The notes below the pieces were generated by a model. That model was not told where the DNA came from and made no database searches. It was given only the letters and a program-made list of their open reading frames with translations. 64,000 nucleotides of DNA, taken from the NCBI GenBank assembly GCA_035583355.1, contig DATEZQ010000003.1:129844-193843 (forward strand), in the 5' to 3' direction. Positions 1-7,964 of the stretch are shown in pieces. The stretch comes from Minisyncoccota bacterium (GTDB taxonomy: Bacteria; Patescibacteriota; Minisyncoccia; Phycocordibacterales; UBA6899). The translations under genes were made by a program, and so were the position numbers. Positions within the stretch are counted from its first letter, which is position 1. Each line of letters opens with the position of its first letter.

Positions 1-185
1 TGTCTATAAAAATTCCCACACGCTGGCTACAATGTTTGATAACAGTCATACAAATAGTTACAAATGAACATTATGAATACAGGAATATTTTATCACGCAA
101 TGTTTCCTCATTGCAGCTTTATCTGAGTGCATTTATGTGGGGAAAAATGACAGTATATGTAAGCTACTTTTATGTGTGTTTGAAA

Positions 186-215
186 TAAAAAAATTACTCG
201 CGCGGGGCGAGCAAT
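186..215 (-). terminator. rho-independent terminator downstream of rpsO
   Basis: Hairpin ctcgcgcggggcgag, followed on the minus strand by a U-run. Confidence 0.6.
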
Positions 216-224
216 TCTTTTTAA

Positions 225-485
225 TTATAGACCAATCTGCTTCAACACGGTGTTGTATACAGCCTCGTTCTTCTTCTTAAGATACTTAAGGTGTGTACGG
301 CGGTCTGCAACCATCTTAAGAAGACCACGACGTGAGTGGTTGTCCTTCTTATTCTCCTTGAGGTGTGCAGCGAGCTCATTGATGCGCTGGCTGAGGATGG
401 TCACCTGAACTTCTGGTGATCCAGTATCTGTTGCGTGGCGCTGGCTCTTCGTGATGATGACCTGCTTCTTCTTTGCGGTTAACAT
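225..485 (-). CDS. rpsO: 30S ribosomal protein S15
   Basis: 86 aa starting MLTAKKKQVIITKSQRHATDTGSPEVQV...LKENKKDNHSRRGLLKMV..., typical of S15. The ATG is at 483-485 on the minus strand. Confidence 0.9.
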   Translation of the reverse strand: MLTAKKKQVIITKSQRHATDTGSPEVQVTILSQRINELAAHLKENKKDNHSRRGLLKMVADRRTHLKYLKKKNEAVYNTVLKQIGL

Positions 486-595
486 GGGAAGGAGTATAGC
501 ATAAAAATTCAGAATATGCAAGCCCGTGGCTGTAGTTATAGTTATTTGACCCTCCCCTCTCTTGGAGTAGCGGGTGGGGGTACACTGCGCACCTA

Positions 596-626
596 AAACA
601 AAGAATCACCACGAGGGGTGATTCTT
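596..626 (-). terminator. terminator hairpin
   Basis: aagaatcacc-acgag-gggtgattctt, followed by a U-rich tract on the minus strand. Confidence 0.5.
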
Positions 627-629
627 GTG

Positions 630-845
630 CTATGTTCCTGGCGCCTTTTCATTCAAAAATTGCTCGAGGAGGTGGTCTCTTGGAGAATCTGCGGGTAGGA
701 ATTCGATTCCCTCCCCCATTTCTGCAAGTTCCTTGTTGATGTCATCGATAGTGACCGGAACACGATGGGTATCAGGATTGAATTTCCCTAGTCCGTGTAT
801 GACGATGTGATCAGGAACTTTTACTTTTTGTACCTGTGGTGGCAT
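630..845 (-). CDS. hypothetical protein (71 aa)
   Basis: ORF in the same frame as the upstream 98-aa ORF. The two are separated only by TAA plus one codon, which indicates translational coupling. I recognise no family. Confidence 0.4.
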   Translation of the reverse strand: MPPQVQKVKVPDHIVIHGLGKFNPDTHRVPVTIDDINKELAEMGEGIEFLPADSPRDHLLEQFLNEKAPGT

Positions 846-848
846 AAA

Positions 849-1145
849 TTATTCCATTGGCATATCACGCAGATAGTCATCGAGTGGAATGTTCCACTTA
901 CCGAAAAAAATGTCTGCAGAATGGGGATCGAGTTCATGGGGGAGGTCATTCGTAAAGCCTGCCAGTGCCTCAAAGTCTGCATCAAGTGTACCCTCGGTTG
1001 CAGTAAAAGCATCAGCCTCTATCGCGCTGCGCATCTCCTTTGCATCAGCAGTCTCTTCTGTGCAGGCCCCAGCATCTGCTGCGCCCACTTCACCATTGAA
1101 TTTCTCCATCATCTTGAGCATATTATAGCACGATTTGAAATCCAT
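849..1145 (-). CDS. hypothetical acidic protein (98 aa)
   Basis: ORF with acidic composition. It sits upstream of rpsO on the same strand. Confidence 0.4.
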   Translation of the reverse strand: MDFKSCYNMLKMMEKFNGEVGAADAGACTEETADAKEMRSAIEADAFTATEGTLDADFEALAGFTNDLPHELDPHSADIFFGKWNIPLDDYLRDMPME

Positions 1146-1186
1146 TTCGAAATTTATCCCCCAAAGAAGTTTGCTATAATGTGTAT

Positions 1187-2125
1187 ATGCAAATTACTGA
1201 CTGGATGCGACGATTCCTGGAATATACCGAAATAGAGCGTGGCCGCAGTCTGAATACGGTGCGCAATTATGAGCACTATCTCTCTACATTCATTGAGCAG
1301 TCGGGTGTAAAGACTCCTGAAGATATTACGAGTGAAAAGGTACGTGAGTTTCGTATGTGGCTTAATCGTAAGATGGTTGGCGTTGGGAAACGAGGTGTCG
1401 CAGCGACGCCGATGAAACGACGCACGCAGAACTATTACTTAATTGCATTGCGTGCAATGCTCAAGTATTTGGTGCGACAGGGCGTGCAAAGTCTCCCTCC
1501 AGAACAAATTGAATTAGCAAAAGTGCCACAAAGGCAGCTTGATCTTATTGGTCAAAATGATCTCAATAATCTTCTTGATGCCCCCGAAGGAGATAGTCTT
1601 GCTGCGCTACGCGATAAAGCAATTCTTGAAATGCTCTTTTCGACAGGGCTTCGTGTTTCTGAGCTCGTTGGGCTCGATAGGGATATTGATATGTCGCAAG
1701 AACATTTCTCGGTGCGCGGAAAGGGAGAGAAGGTACGCATCGTATTCATTTCTGATGACGCGCGTGATAGCGTAAGGGACTATCTTGCGAAAAGGACAGA
1801 TGTTGATCCTGCGATGTTTATTGCTATCGGACGTGGTGGGGAAAAGTCTTTGAGTAAGAAAGAAGGGTCATTGCGCATGTCTGCGCGTTCGATCGAGCGT
1901 ACCGTAAAGCAGTACGCGATTAAGTCAGGCATCACGAAGAAAGTCACGCCACACGTGTTGCGTCACTCCTTTGCTACAGACTTGCTGGAAAACGGAGCGG
2001 ACATTCGTTCCGTGCAGGCGCTTCTCGGACATTCGAGCATCACAACGACGCAGATCTATACACACGTGACCGATAGAGGTCTTCAGGAAATTCATAAACA
2101 ATTTCACGGGAAGCGAAGAAAATAA
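1187..2125 (+). CDS. tyrosine recombinase, XerC/XerD family
   Basis: C-terminal catalytic region HVLRHSFATDLLENGADIRSVQALLGHSSITTTQIYTHV. TATAAT at 1175-1180 lies 6 nt upstream of ATG 1187, a leaderless arrangement. The ORF track starts at GTG 1181. Confidence 0.85.
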   Translation: MQITDWMRRFLEYTEIERGRSLNTVRNYEHYLSTFIEQSGVKTPEDITSEKVREFRMWLNRKMVGVGKRGVAATPMKRRTQNYYLIALRAMLKYLVRQGVQSLPPEQIELAKVPQRQLDLIGQNDLNNLLDAPEGDSLAALRDKAILEMLFSTGLRVSELVGLDRDIDMSQEHFSVRGKGEKVRIVFISDDARDSVRDYLAKRTDVDPAMFIAIGRGGEKSLSKKEGSLRMSARSIERTVKQYAIKSGITKKVTPHVLRHSFATDLLENGADIRSVQALLGHSSITTTQIYTHVTDRGLQEIHKQFHGKRRK

Positions 2126-2288
2126 AACAGATTGTGAAACATCCGCGCCAGGGCGCGGATGTTTCATTACACCTTAACTGTGAAACATAAAAGAGTGCTT
2201 AGTGGACGAAATGGGCGATATGAGTTATCGCGTATATTTCACTTCATCCTACATTCCATATTTGTGAAACTCTTGCTATCATTATTTC

Positions 2289-3074
2289 ATGAAACTTATT
2301 TCGTGGAACGTGAACGGATTGCGCGCATCCATCAAGAAAGGATTTCTTGAATGGTTACACGCACAAGACGCTGATATTGTGGGCTTACAAGAGATTAAAG
2401 CAGAAGAGTCACAGCTCCCTGAAGAAGTGCTCAGACCTCATGGAGCAAAAGGACAATGGCATGCATACTTCTCTCCTTCACGAACAAAGAAGGGGTATTC
2501 CGGCGTAGCTATGTTCTGCAAGGAGGTCCCCGATCGTGTCGACTATGGTATGGGTATTCCTCGCTTCGATGATGAAGGACGTTACATTGCTGTACACTTT
2601 AAGGACATCGTCATTATTAATTGCTACTTCCCAAATGGTGGTGGTGGCCCCGATCGTTTGTCCTATAAGTATGACTTTTATGATGCATTTCTTTTGCATA
2701 TTAATGCACACAGATCTGAGGGAAAGAAGATTATATTCATGGGTGACGTGAATACTGCACATAATGAAATCGACCTCGCACGGCCAAAGGCGAATGAACA
2801 GAACACGGGATTTCTTCCTGACGAACGTGCGTGGATAGACAATGTTGTAAATTCAGGATATGTAGACACATTTCGCCACCTCCACCCAGTCCTCACTGAT
2901 GCATATAGTTATTGGGATATGAAAACTGCAGCACGTGAGCGCAATGTTGGTTGGCGCATCGACTATTTCTTTATCAGCAATGACTTACTCCGCAGGCTTG
3001 TGGGTGCAGGAATCAGTAGTGAAGTCTACGGCTCCGATCACTGCCCTATTTGGGTTGAGCTGAAAGATAAATAA
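2289..3074 (+). CDS. xth: exodeoxyribonuclease III (AP endonuclease, ExoIII/APE1 family)
   Basis: MKLISWNVNGLRA...LQE...GDVNTAHNEIDL...SDHCPIW motifs. Confidence 0.9.
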   Translation: MKLISWNVNGLRASIKKGFLEWLHAQDADIVGLQEIKAEESQLPEEVLRPHGAKGQWHAYFSPSRTKKGYSGVAMFCKEVPDRVDYGMGIPRFDDEGRYIAVHFKDIVIINCYFPNGGGGPDRLSYKYDFYDAFLLHINAHRSEGKKIIFMGDVNTAHNEIDLARPKANEQNTGFLPDERAWIDNVVNSGYVDTFRHLHPVLTDAYSYWDMKTAARERNVGWRIDYFFISNDLLRRLVGAGISSEVYGSDHCPIWVELKDK

Positions 3075-3101
3075 AACACCAACACGCTGTGTTGGTTTTT
3101 T
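3075..3101 (+). terminator. rho-independent terminator of xth
   Basis: aacaccaacacgctgtgttggttttt hairpin plus T-run. A second hairpin lies at 3114-3144. Confidence 0.7.
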
Positions 3102-3156
3102 GTATAAAAATAGACCGCCACGACACCCGAAGGTGTGTGGCGGTAGACGATAGGTA

Positions 3157-3888
3157 CTAGCGGATTCCCTGACGGGCTTCCAGTGCGATGAGCGCAGCGT
3201 ATTCCTCGAGAGAGGAAAGGTTGCGACTGCCGAGCGCGAAGGCGATCTCCATCGAGAGGCTATCGCGCTTCTTTTTCAGATCGGCGGTGATGGTGCGCTC
3301 ACCTTGCGGGTCGGCCTCGATGCTCTCATCCAAGAGATGCATCATGTGACTGATTGCGAGGACTCCCGCTTCCTGATGCTGTGGGATCATCTTGATGCCG
3401 TTGTGCTCGCCCCGAAGGACGTTCGCGACCGGGATCCAGATGGGCGCACGCATTTCGGAAGCCTCGAGTCGCGTGGCGCAGGGCTGCGCGGAACTCTTGA
3501 GGAGTCCCACGAAGTATCCCTTGATCTTGCGATCGGGGCCGACGTGGTGCGTCAGGTTGATGCGCTCGAGGAGAGCGAAGCAGCCGTCCTTGCCCTCTTG
3601 AGTGTCATAGCCGGTCTCGGCCATGAACTCGCGACGAGCGACGCGTTCGAGGGTGAGTGCGTCCGCCTCCTCGGTGGTGATGGTCGCCGACTTGGTGACG
3701 ACATCGACATCTTCGCAGCAACCGCCGAAGAACTTCATGCGGGACTGCTCCTCAGGCCTCTGGGGAATGCGCTCACCGCCGAGGAGGCAGGTCAGGTCTT
3801 CGTTGAAGCACTGGGTGAATGCGGCGCCGATCCGAGGATGGCTATTCGCATACAGGCGGTCTTTGTTCAACTGCTGGGGGTGGACCAC
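3157..3888 (-). CDS. hypothetical protein in a GC-rich patch
   Basis: 243-aa ORF. Local GC is about 60 percent against about 45 percent background. It contains FFGGCCED and shows no recognised family. The opposite-strand ORF 3304-3924 was judged spurious. Confidence 0.5.
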   Translation of the reverse strand: MVHPQQLNKDRLYANSHPRIGAAFTQCFNEDLTCLLGGERIPQRPEEQSRMKFFGGCCEDVDVVTKSATITTEEADALTLERVARREFMAETGYDTQEGKDGCFALLERINLTHHVGPDRKIKGYFVGLLKSSAQPCATRLEASEMRAPIWIPVANVLRGEHNGIKMIPQHQEAGVLAISHMMHLLDESIEADPQGERTITADLKKKRDSLSMEIAFALGSRNLSSLEEYAALIALEARQGIR

Positions 3889-4039
3889 GGGGGCCTCCTT
3901 GTAAGAAAGAACTCAGTCAGGTGACTGGTGCTCATATAATAGCATAGATTATCATATTTGTCTAGGCGTTGCTATGACAAAAAATGTGTGGTAGTTTCAT
4001 TGCAGTTATGGCAATATTGCCAATGTTCAGGAGGAAAAC

Positions 4040-4696
4040 ATGTTCACTCTTCTGCGTAGATTTTTCTATTCGAGCGCTCTCCTCGGCCTTCTTATTGGCC
4101 TCCCCCTCACCGCCCAAGAACACCGCTTGCACGCCGGTGTCTCCCTTTCCTGGGCGATTCCCTCCGGTGCGTTCGGTGGCAGTGACGGGTCTCGTGATTC
4201 GTACTACGATTACGGCCGCAGTCGTGTTCCTGGTTTCGCATCGACGGTGGGAGGCAGCGTCTTCATTGGCGTTCCTCTTGCCGAGCGCGTAGTGATTCGG
4301 CCGAATGCGAGCTATTTCCGCTTCCGTGGCGACGAGGGAGATCACTTCGGCTATCGTGCTACGCCGATGTCTCTCGAGATGTCGAGTGTCGGTTGCGATA
4401 TCCAGATCTTTTTCAGTCAGTCATGGAGGCAGTCACGCGGATATGTCCTCTTGGGTGTCGCTTACGATTCTGAGAAGCTTGCCATTGGCGGTAGGGCCTA
4501 TACAGACAGTGCGCCTGATCAGTACAAGGTCAAACGCAGTGCGGCGAATATCGCCTTTGGAAGGGTTTCGCGGATGGAAGGCGTCGGGGTATTCTACGAG
4601 GTAGGCTTCCATCGGACGCTTTCTGACGACATGCCTGCGGGGCTAGAGATGCCAGGCTCTGATTTCTGGAAGCTCGGCATTGGCGTTACGTTCTAA
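4040..4696 (+). CDS. putative 8-stranded outer-membrane beta-barrel protein (OmpA/OmpW-like fold)
   Basis: AGGAGG RBS. N-terminal signal peptide MFTLLRRFFYSSALLGLLIGLPLTAQE. Eight amphipathic beta-strand segments with alternating hydrophobic residues. Ends in the typical C-terminal ...GIGVTF (Phe). GC-rich. Confidence 0.55.
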   Translation: MFTLLRRFFYSSALLGLLIGLPLTAQEHRLHAGVSLSWAIPSGAFGGSDGSRDSYYDYGRSRVPGFASTVGGSVFIGVPLAERVVIRPNASYFRFRGDEGDHFGYRATPMSLEMSSVGCDIQIFFSQSWRQSRGYVLLGVAYDSEKLAIGGRAYTDSAPDQYKVKRSAANIAFGRVSRMEGVGVFYEVGFHRTLSDDMPAGLEMPGSDFWKLGIGVTF

Positions 4697-4700
4697 AATC

Positions 4701-4724
4701 AACCACCCTTCGGGGTGGTTTTTC
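4701..4724 (+). terminator. rho-independent terminator
   Basis: aaccaccc-ttcg-gggtggtt plus tttt. Confidence 0.7.
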
Positions 4725-5078
4725 TTGCGAGTGGTTGTGGTGTGTGTTAGATATAGAGCAGATTGTGAGTGGGAGGAAAACTTGCGAGAAGCAATAGCAA
4801 TTTTCGTAAATATATTTTGTTTTTGCTACTGTACAGCGCTTGCTTGTGGTAGTTTCGATTACTCGATTCCGAGAATCGATACACGCGGTTCTGCGCTTTC
4901 GCTACACCTTGGGCAATTTTGTTTGCATTCGAGTTCGACTCGCACATTTTCTTCTGGGTTAGTTTTTCGCGAAAGCACATCATTCGTGAATACTCCTCCC
5001 AAGCAGTATGACTTTACTTTTAAGTGCAGTGGTAATCACGCTAGTGCCCAAGCGCATGTGCACCCTTGTGTGTGTATC

Positions 5079-5411
5079 ATGTCTAAGAAATTTCGCATCA
5101 CTTTTGCACACGATTCCTTTGCCTATTTTCCGTCATCGCGAAAGCACTTCGGCACTTATGTCATTGCAGGTGCTCGTGCAGAGTCCTTTCTTCACAATGC
5201 GCAATTTCGGACTGCTCAAATTTCGCTCACCGCAGATTTTCCCTTCACATTGAATGCGGTGAATGTTGGTATGGGGCACAGCATCAGTGTGAAACATAAT
5301 AAATATTTTGGGGAAGTTGCTGTGTTGCGAATGGCGGTGCGCGATGTACTCCTTGGGGAGAGCATCGAACATGTGCACGGTGTACGATTTTCTTTCGGAA
5401 TAATATTTTAG
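5079..5411 (+). CDS. hypothetical small protein, weak call
   Basis: ATG at 5079 inside the long ORF 4680-5411. The N-terminal two thirds of that ORF look non-protein-like (Cys-rich, low complexity). The C-terminal part has alternating hydrophobic residues and ends in ...FGIIF. No RBS. Confidence 0.2.
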   Translation: MSKKFRITFAHDSFAYFPSSRKHFGTYVIAGARAESFLHNAQFRTAQISLTADFPFTLNAVNVGMGHSISVKHNKYFGEVAVLRMAVRDVLLGESIEHVHGVRFSFGIIF

Positions 5412-5446
5412 CCGTCCTGTGAGGCGGCTTTTCTCTAATTAAAAAA

Positions 5447-5468
5447 CGAGGGGGCTTCCCCTCGTTTT
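5447..5468. terminator. bidirectional terminator hairpin
   Basis: A-run, then cgagggggcttcccctcg, then T-run. Confidence 0.6.
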
Positions 5469-5478
5469 GGATTCGCAA

Positions 5479-6030
5479 TTATTTGTAGCGCAAAGAGATG
5501 TAACGATCGAACCAAATTGCAGATACCTTTGTATCGGGCTCTGCATTTTTATATTCGATTGCCGCTTCGCTGAAGTCGGTGCAGGCCTCTGCTCGGAGCA
5601 ATGCATCTTTCTCCTGCAGTTCAGTAAGGCGACGATGCCAAATCGTTGAGGTGGGGTCAGTCTTCTCGGTCGACTTCCAGCCGCTCACGGCGACATCAAT
5701 GTTTTCGCATGCGAGGATTTCGTCCCGCAAGGACGGATTCGTAAGATCGAGGTAACGATTTGCCCAGATGTATTCGGTTTTGGTATCACGCTCTGCATTA
5801 TCCCAGCGCTCCTTTGCTACCTGCCGACTCCGACAGGCGTCAGCGCGTAGGAGTACTTGTTCAAGTGTTATTTTCTCTTTGCAGGCCTTCCATATTTCGA
5901 TTTCCGCAGGGTGAACTGCTTTTTCGAGAAACTGCATTGCGATCACTAGTGCGGTGCAGCGATCGGCTCGCGCCTGGATGATCACACGTGTGCTTTCGGG
6001 TATGGTATACATGAGTGCTCCTTTGTGCAA
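5479..6030 (-). CDS. hypothetical protein with internal repeats of about 45 aa
   Basis: 183 aa. Repeated segments LLRADACRSRQVAKERWDNAERDTKTEYIWANRYLDL and LLRAEACTDFSEAAIEYKNAEPDTKVSAIWFDRYISL. Confidence 0.5.
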   Translation of the reverse strand: MHKGALMYTIPESTRVIIQARADRCTALVIAMQFLEKAVHPAEIEIWKACKEKITLEQVLLRADACRSRQVAKERWDNAERDTKTEYIWANRYLDLTNPSLRDEILACENIDVAVSGWKSTEKTDPTSTIWHRRLTELQEKDALLRAEACTDFSEAAIEYKNAEPDTKVSAIWFDRYISLRYK

Positions 6031-6160
6031 CTGTGAATATTATACTATGTATTACATGGTTAGTCTAGTAACTATAATGTTATATATTAACGATGAGGAC
6101 TGGATATAATTTGAGCAGAGCAAAATAAAAATACACATAATATGTGTATTTTTATTTTGC

Positions 6161-7669
6161 TTATTTCACACGGTATTTGTTGCGAATTTCCTTCACTTCT
6201 TTTTCTTCCTCACTTGCGCGAGTACGCTTCCCTTCTTCGCCTTTCGCAAGAAGTACCTCTTGAGGAAGCATCGCGAATTCTTTTGCGGTTCGCTCGAGCC
6301 ATTCGGTTGTATTGCGCTCGGGGTCCTCAAGCACCTCATCAAAGAGTGCATTGAGGATGGCACCAATGCGCGGACCTGCAGGTTCATCGATGGTCTCCAT
6401 GATTTTTGCACCATCAATCTTTAGCATCTTCACTGATACTGGCGCGCGCATCGCTTCTTCAATCATCGAGTGATATTTGCGCAAGCGATACGGTGTCTCC
6501 ATTGGACGTCCAGTTCCTATACGATCACATGCGCGCACATTCATAAGGTCCCAGACTAATTCAGGTCCGACATTCGCAACAATGCGACGCACTGCGGAGA
6601 GTGTGATCGTCTCTATATCAGAGAAGAACATGTGATAGCGCACGAGTTGTGTGGACTTGAAAATGATTTCGCGAGAATATCGAAGGCGCTCAAGAATTTT
6701 CTTCGCCATCTTTGCGCCGATTACTTCATGTCCATAGAATGTCCACGTCTTTTTCTCCTCTGACCACCTGCGTGATGCAGGTTTGCCAACATCATGAAGT
6801 AATGATCCGAGTCGAACATGAAGTGGCCAAGAGCGATCGGCTGCATGTTGAAGGGCTCGAAGATTGTGCTCCCATACGTCATAGATGTGGATTCCCTTCT
6901 GTTCGCACCCTAGCCCCTCGATAAGCTCAGGGCAAACATAGGTGAGTAAACCCACACGATGGAGGACAAGAATGCCTTCCATTGGTTTCGCACTCATGAG
7001 CATTTTTGAAAATTCGTCACGCACACGTTCCATGGCTATCTTCTCGACAAGCGGAGCGTGAGAAATTACTGCTTCAAGAGTTTTCTCCTCGATAGTGAAA
7101 TCAAGTTGTGCGACGAAACGCACCGCACGCATGACGCGAAGTGCATCCTCAGTGAAACGCAAGTGTGGATCACCCACAGCGCGGATGGTGCGCTTTTTGA
7201 TATCGCTTACTCCGTCGTAAGGATCGATGAGCTCATCACGGACGACATTATATGCGATAGCGTTCATAGTAAAGTCGCGACGCTGCAGATCCTCATAAAG
7301 GCTCTTTGAAAATTGCACGCTGTCAGGGCGGCGAAAATCGCTATATGTAGATTCTGTTCGATAGGGTGTTATCTCAACAATGCGCAACGTTGCACGTTCG
7401 GTATCATTCTCTGGGATTGTTTCATTTACTACTCCGACAGTGCCAAAATCATTCTCATAGAATGTATGGGGAAAAAGTTCGATAATCTCAGCAGGCGTGG
7501 CATTCGTGGTAAAGTCCCAATCTTTCGGAGTCTTTCCCTCGAGGAGATCTCGGGTGCAACCACCGACGAGATAAGCTTCGTAGCCTGCGGATTCAAGAGT
7601 GGAAGCAACGGATGAGATTTCGGGTGGGATATTTAGTAGGGGCATAGTTGTGTGTTGCACGTTAAACAA
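6161..7669 (-). CDS. cca: CCA-adding tRNA nucleotidyltransferase / poly(A) polymerase family with HD domain
   Basis: Class II nucleotidyltransferase N-terminus LVGGCTRDLL and a later HDVGK HD motif. Consistent with tRNA genes here lacking an encoded CCA. Confidence 0.8.
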   Translation of the reverse strand: MFNVQHTTMPLLNIPPEISSVASTLESAGYEAYLVGGCTRDLLEGKTPKDWDFTTNATPAEIIELFPHTFYENDFGTVGVVNETIPENDTERATLRIVEITPYRTESTYSDFRRPDSVQFSKSLYEDLQRRDFTMNAIAYNVVRDELIDPYDGVSDIKKRTIRAVGDPHLRFTEDALRVMRAVRFVAQLDFTIEEKTLEAVISHAPLVEKIAMERVRDEFSKMLMSAKPMEGILVLHRVGLLTYVCPELIEGLGCEQKGIHIYDVWEHNLRALQHAADRSWPLHVRLGSLLHDVGKPASRRWSEEKKTWTFYGHEVIGAKMAKKILERLRYSREIIFKSTQLVRYHMFFSDIETITLSAVRRIVANVGPELVWDLMNVRACDRIGTGRPMETPYRLRKYHSMIEEAMRAPVSVKMLKIDGAKIMETIDEPAGPRIGAILNALFDEVLEDPERNTTEWLERTAKEFAMLPQEVLLAKGEEGKRTRASEEEKEVKEIRNKYRVK

Positions 7670-7678
7670 GAAAAAAGC

Positions 7679-7714
7679 GTTTCACGTGGAACTAGTCTAA
7701 TTATATAGACTAGT
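7679..7714. promoter_or_regulatory. palindromic operator-like sites in the cca promoter
   Basis: GTTTCACGTGGAAC at 7679-7692. A perfect 9-6-9 inverted repeat ACTAGTCTA-attata-TAGACTAGT at 7691-7714 lies immediately upstream of the cca start, which is on the minus strand. Confidence 0.4.
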
Positions 7715-7821
7715 GATTAATTTGGTAGGTATCAAGATGCCAGAACTCGCCCCTTCGTCACATCCATATTTCATTTCGCTGTGCTCATGAAATATGGTGT
7801 GCGAGTAGGGCCAGGGCTCGG

Positions 7822-7964
7822 TTGCCCAGGACTCGACACCACTCACAAAGTAATTTAGGAGCAAAGCACCTAAATTACTAAGTGGTGGTCGTCACGGCTC
7901 GGCGACCCTGCGCTGCGCTTCGCGCGAGCGAGGGTGCCCGCCTCCGCCTTTCGAGTCCGGCGGG
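7822..7964. repeat. tRNA-3'-end-mimic element D, downstream of tRNA-Arg
   Basis: Degenerate direct copy of the tRNA-Arg 3' end at 7822-7840 (ttgcccaggactcgacacc). GC-rich hairpin core. Inverted copy of the tRNA 3' end at 7950-7964 (ttcgagtccggcggg). A terminator hairpin at 7981-8007 separates it from the tRNA. Confidence 0.6.

Noticed and set aside
795-1235. 146-aa plus-strand ORF overlapping the two minus-strand ORFs upstream of rpsO
   Set aside because: Trp/His/Cys-rich, low-complexity translation. It is antisense to better ORFs that are co-oriented with rpsO.
3304-3924. 206-aa plus-strand ORF antisense to the GC-rich gene 3157-3888
   Set aside because: A typical high-GC antisense shadow ORF (Arg/Ala/Leu-rich). 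The minus-strand ORF has the terminator and promoter context.
4680-5411. Full-length 243-aa ORF after the OMP gene
   Set aside because: It starts inside the upstream gene and terminator, and the first 130 codons are Cys-rich nonsense. Only the 5079-5411 portion is retained, at low confidence.
1187-7846. The XerC/D-family recombinase as the integrase of a genomic island bounded by the tRNA-Arg att-like repeats
   Set aside because: The interval contains core housekeeping genes (xth, cca). The recombinase has the chromosome-dimer-resolution XerC/D signature rather than a phage-integrase N-terminal domain. The att-like repeats bracket only about 170 bp. It is kept as a caveat only.
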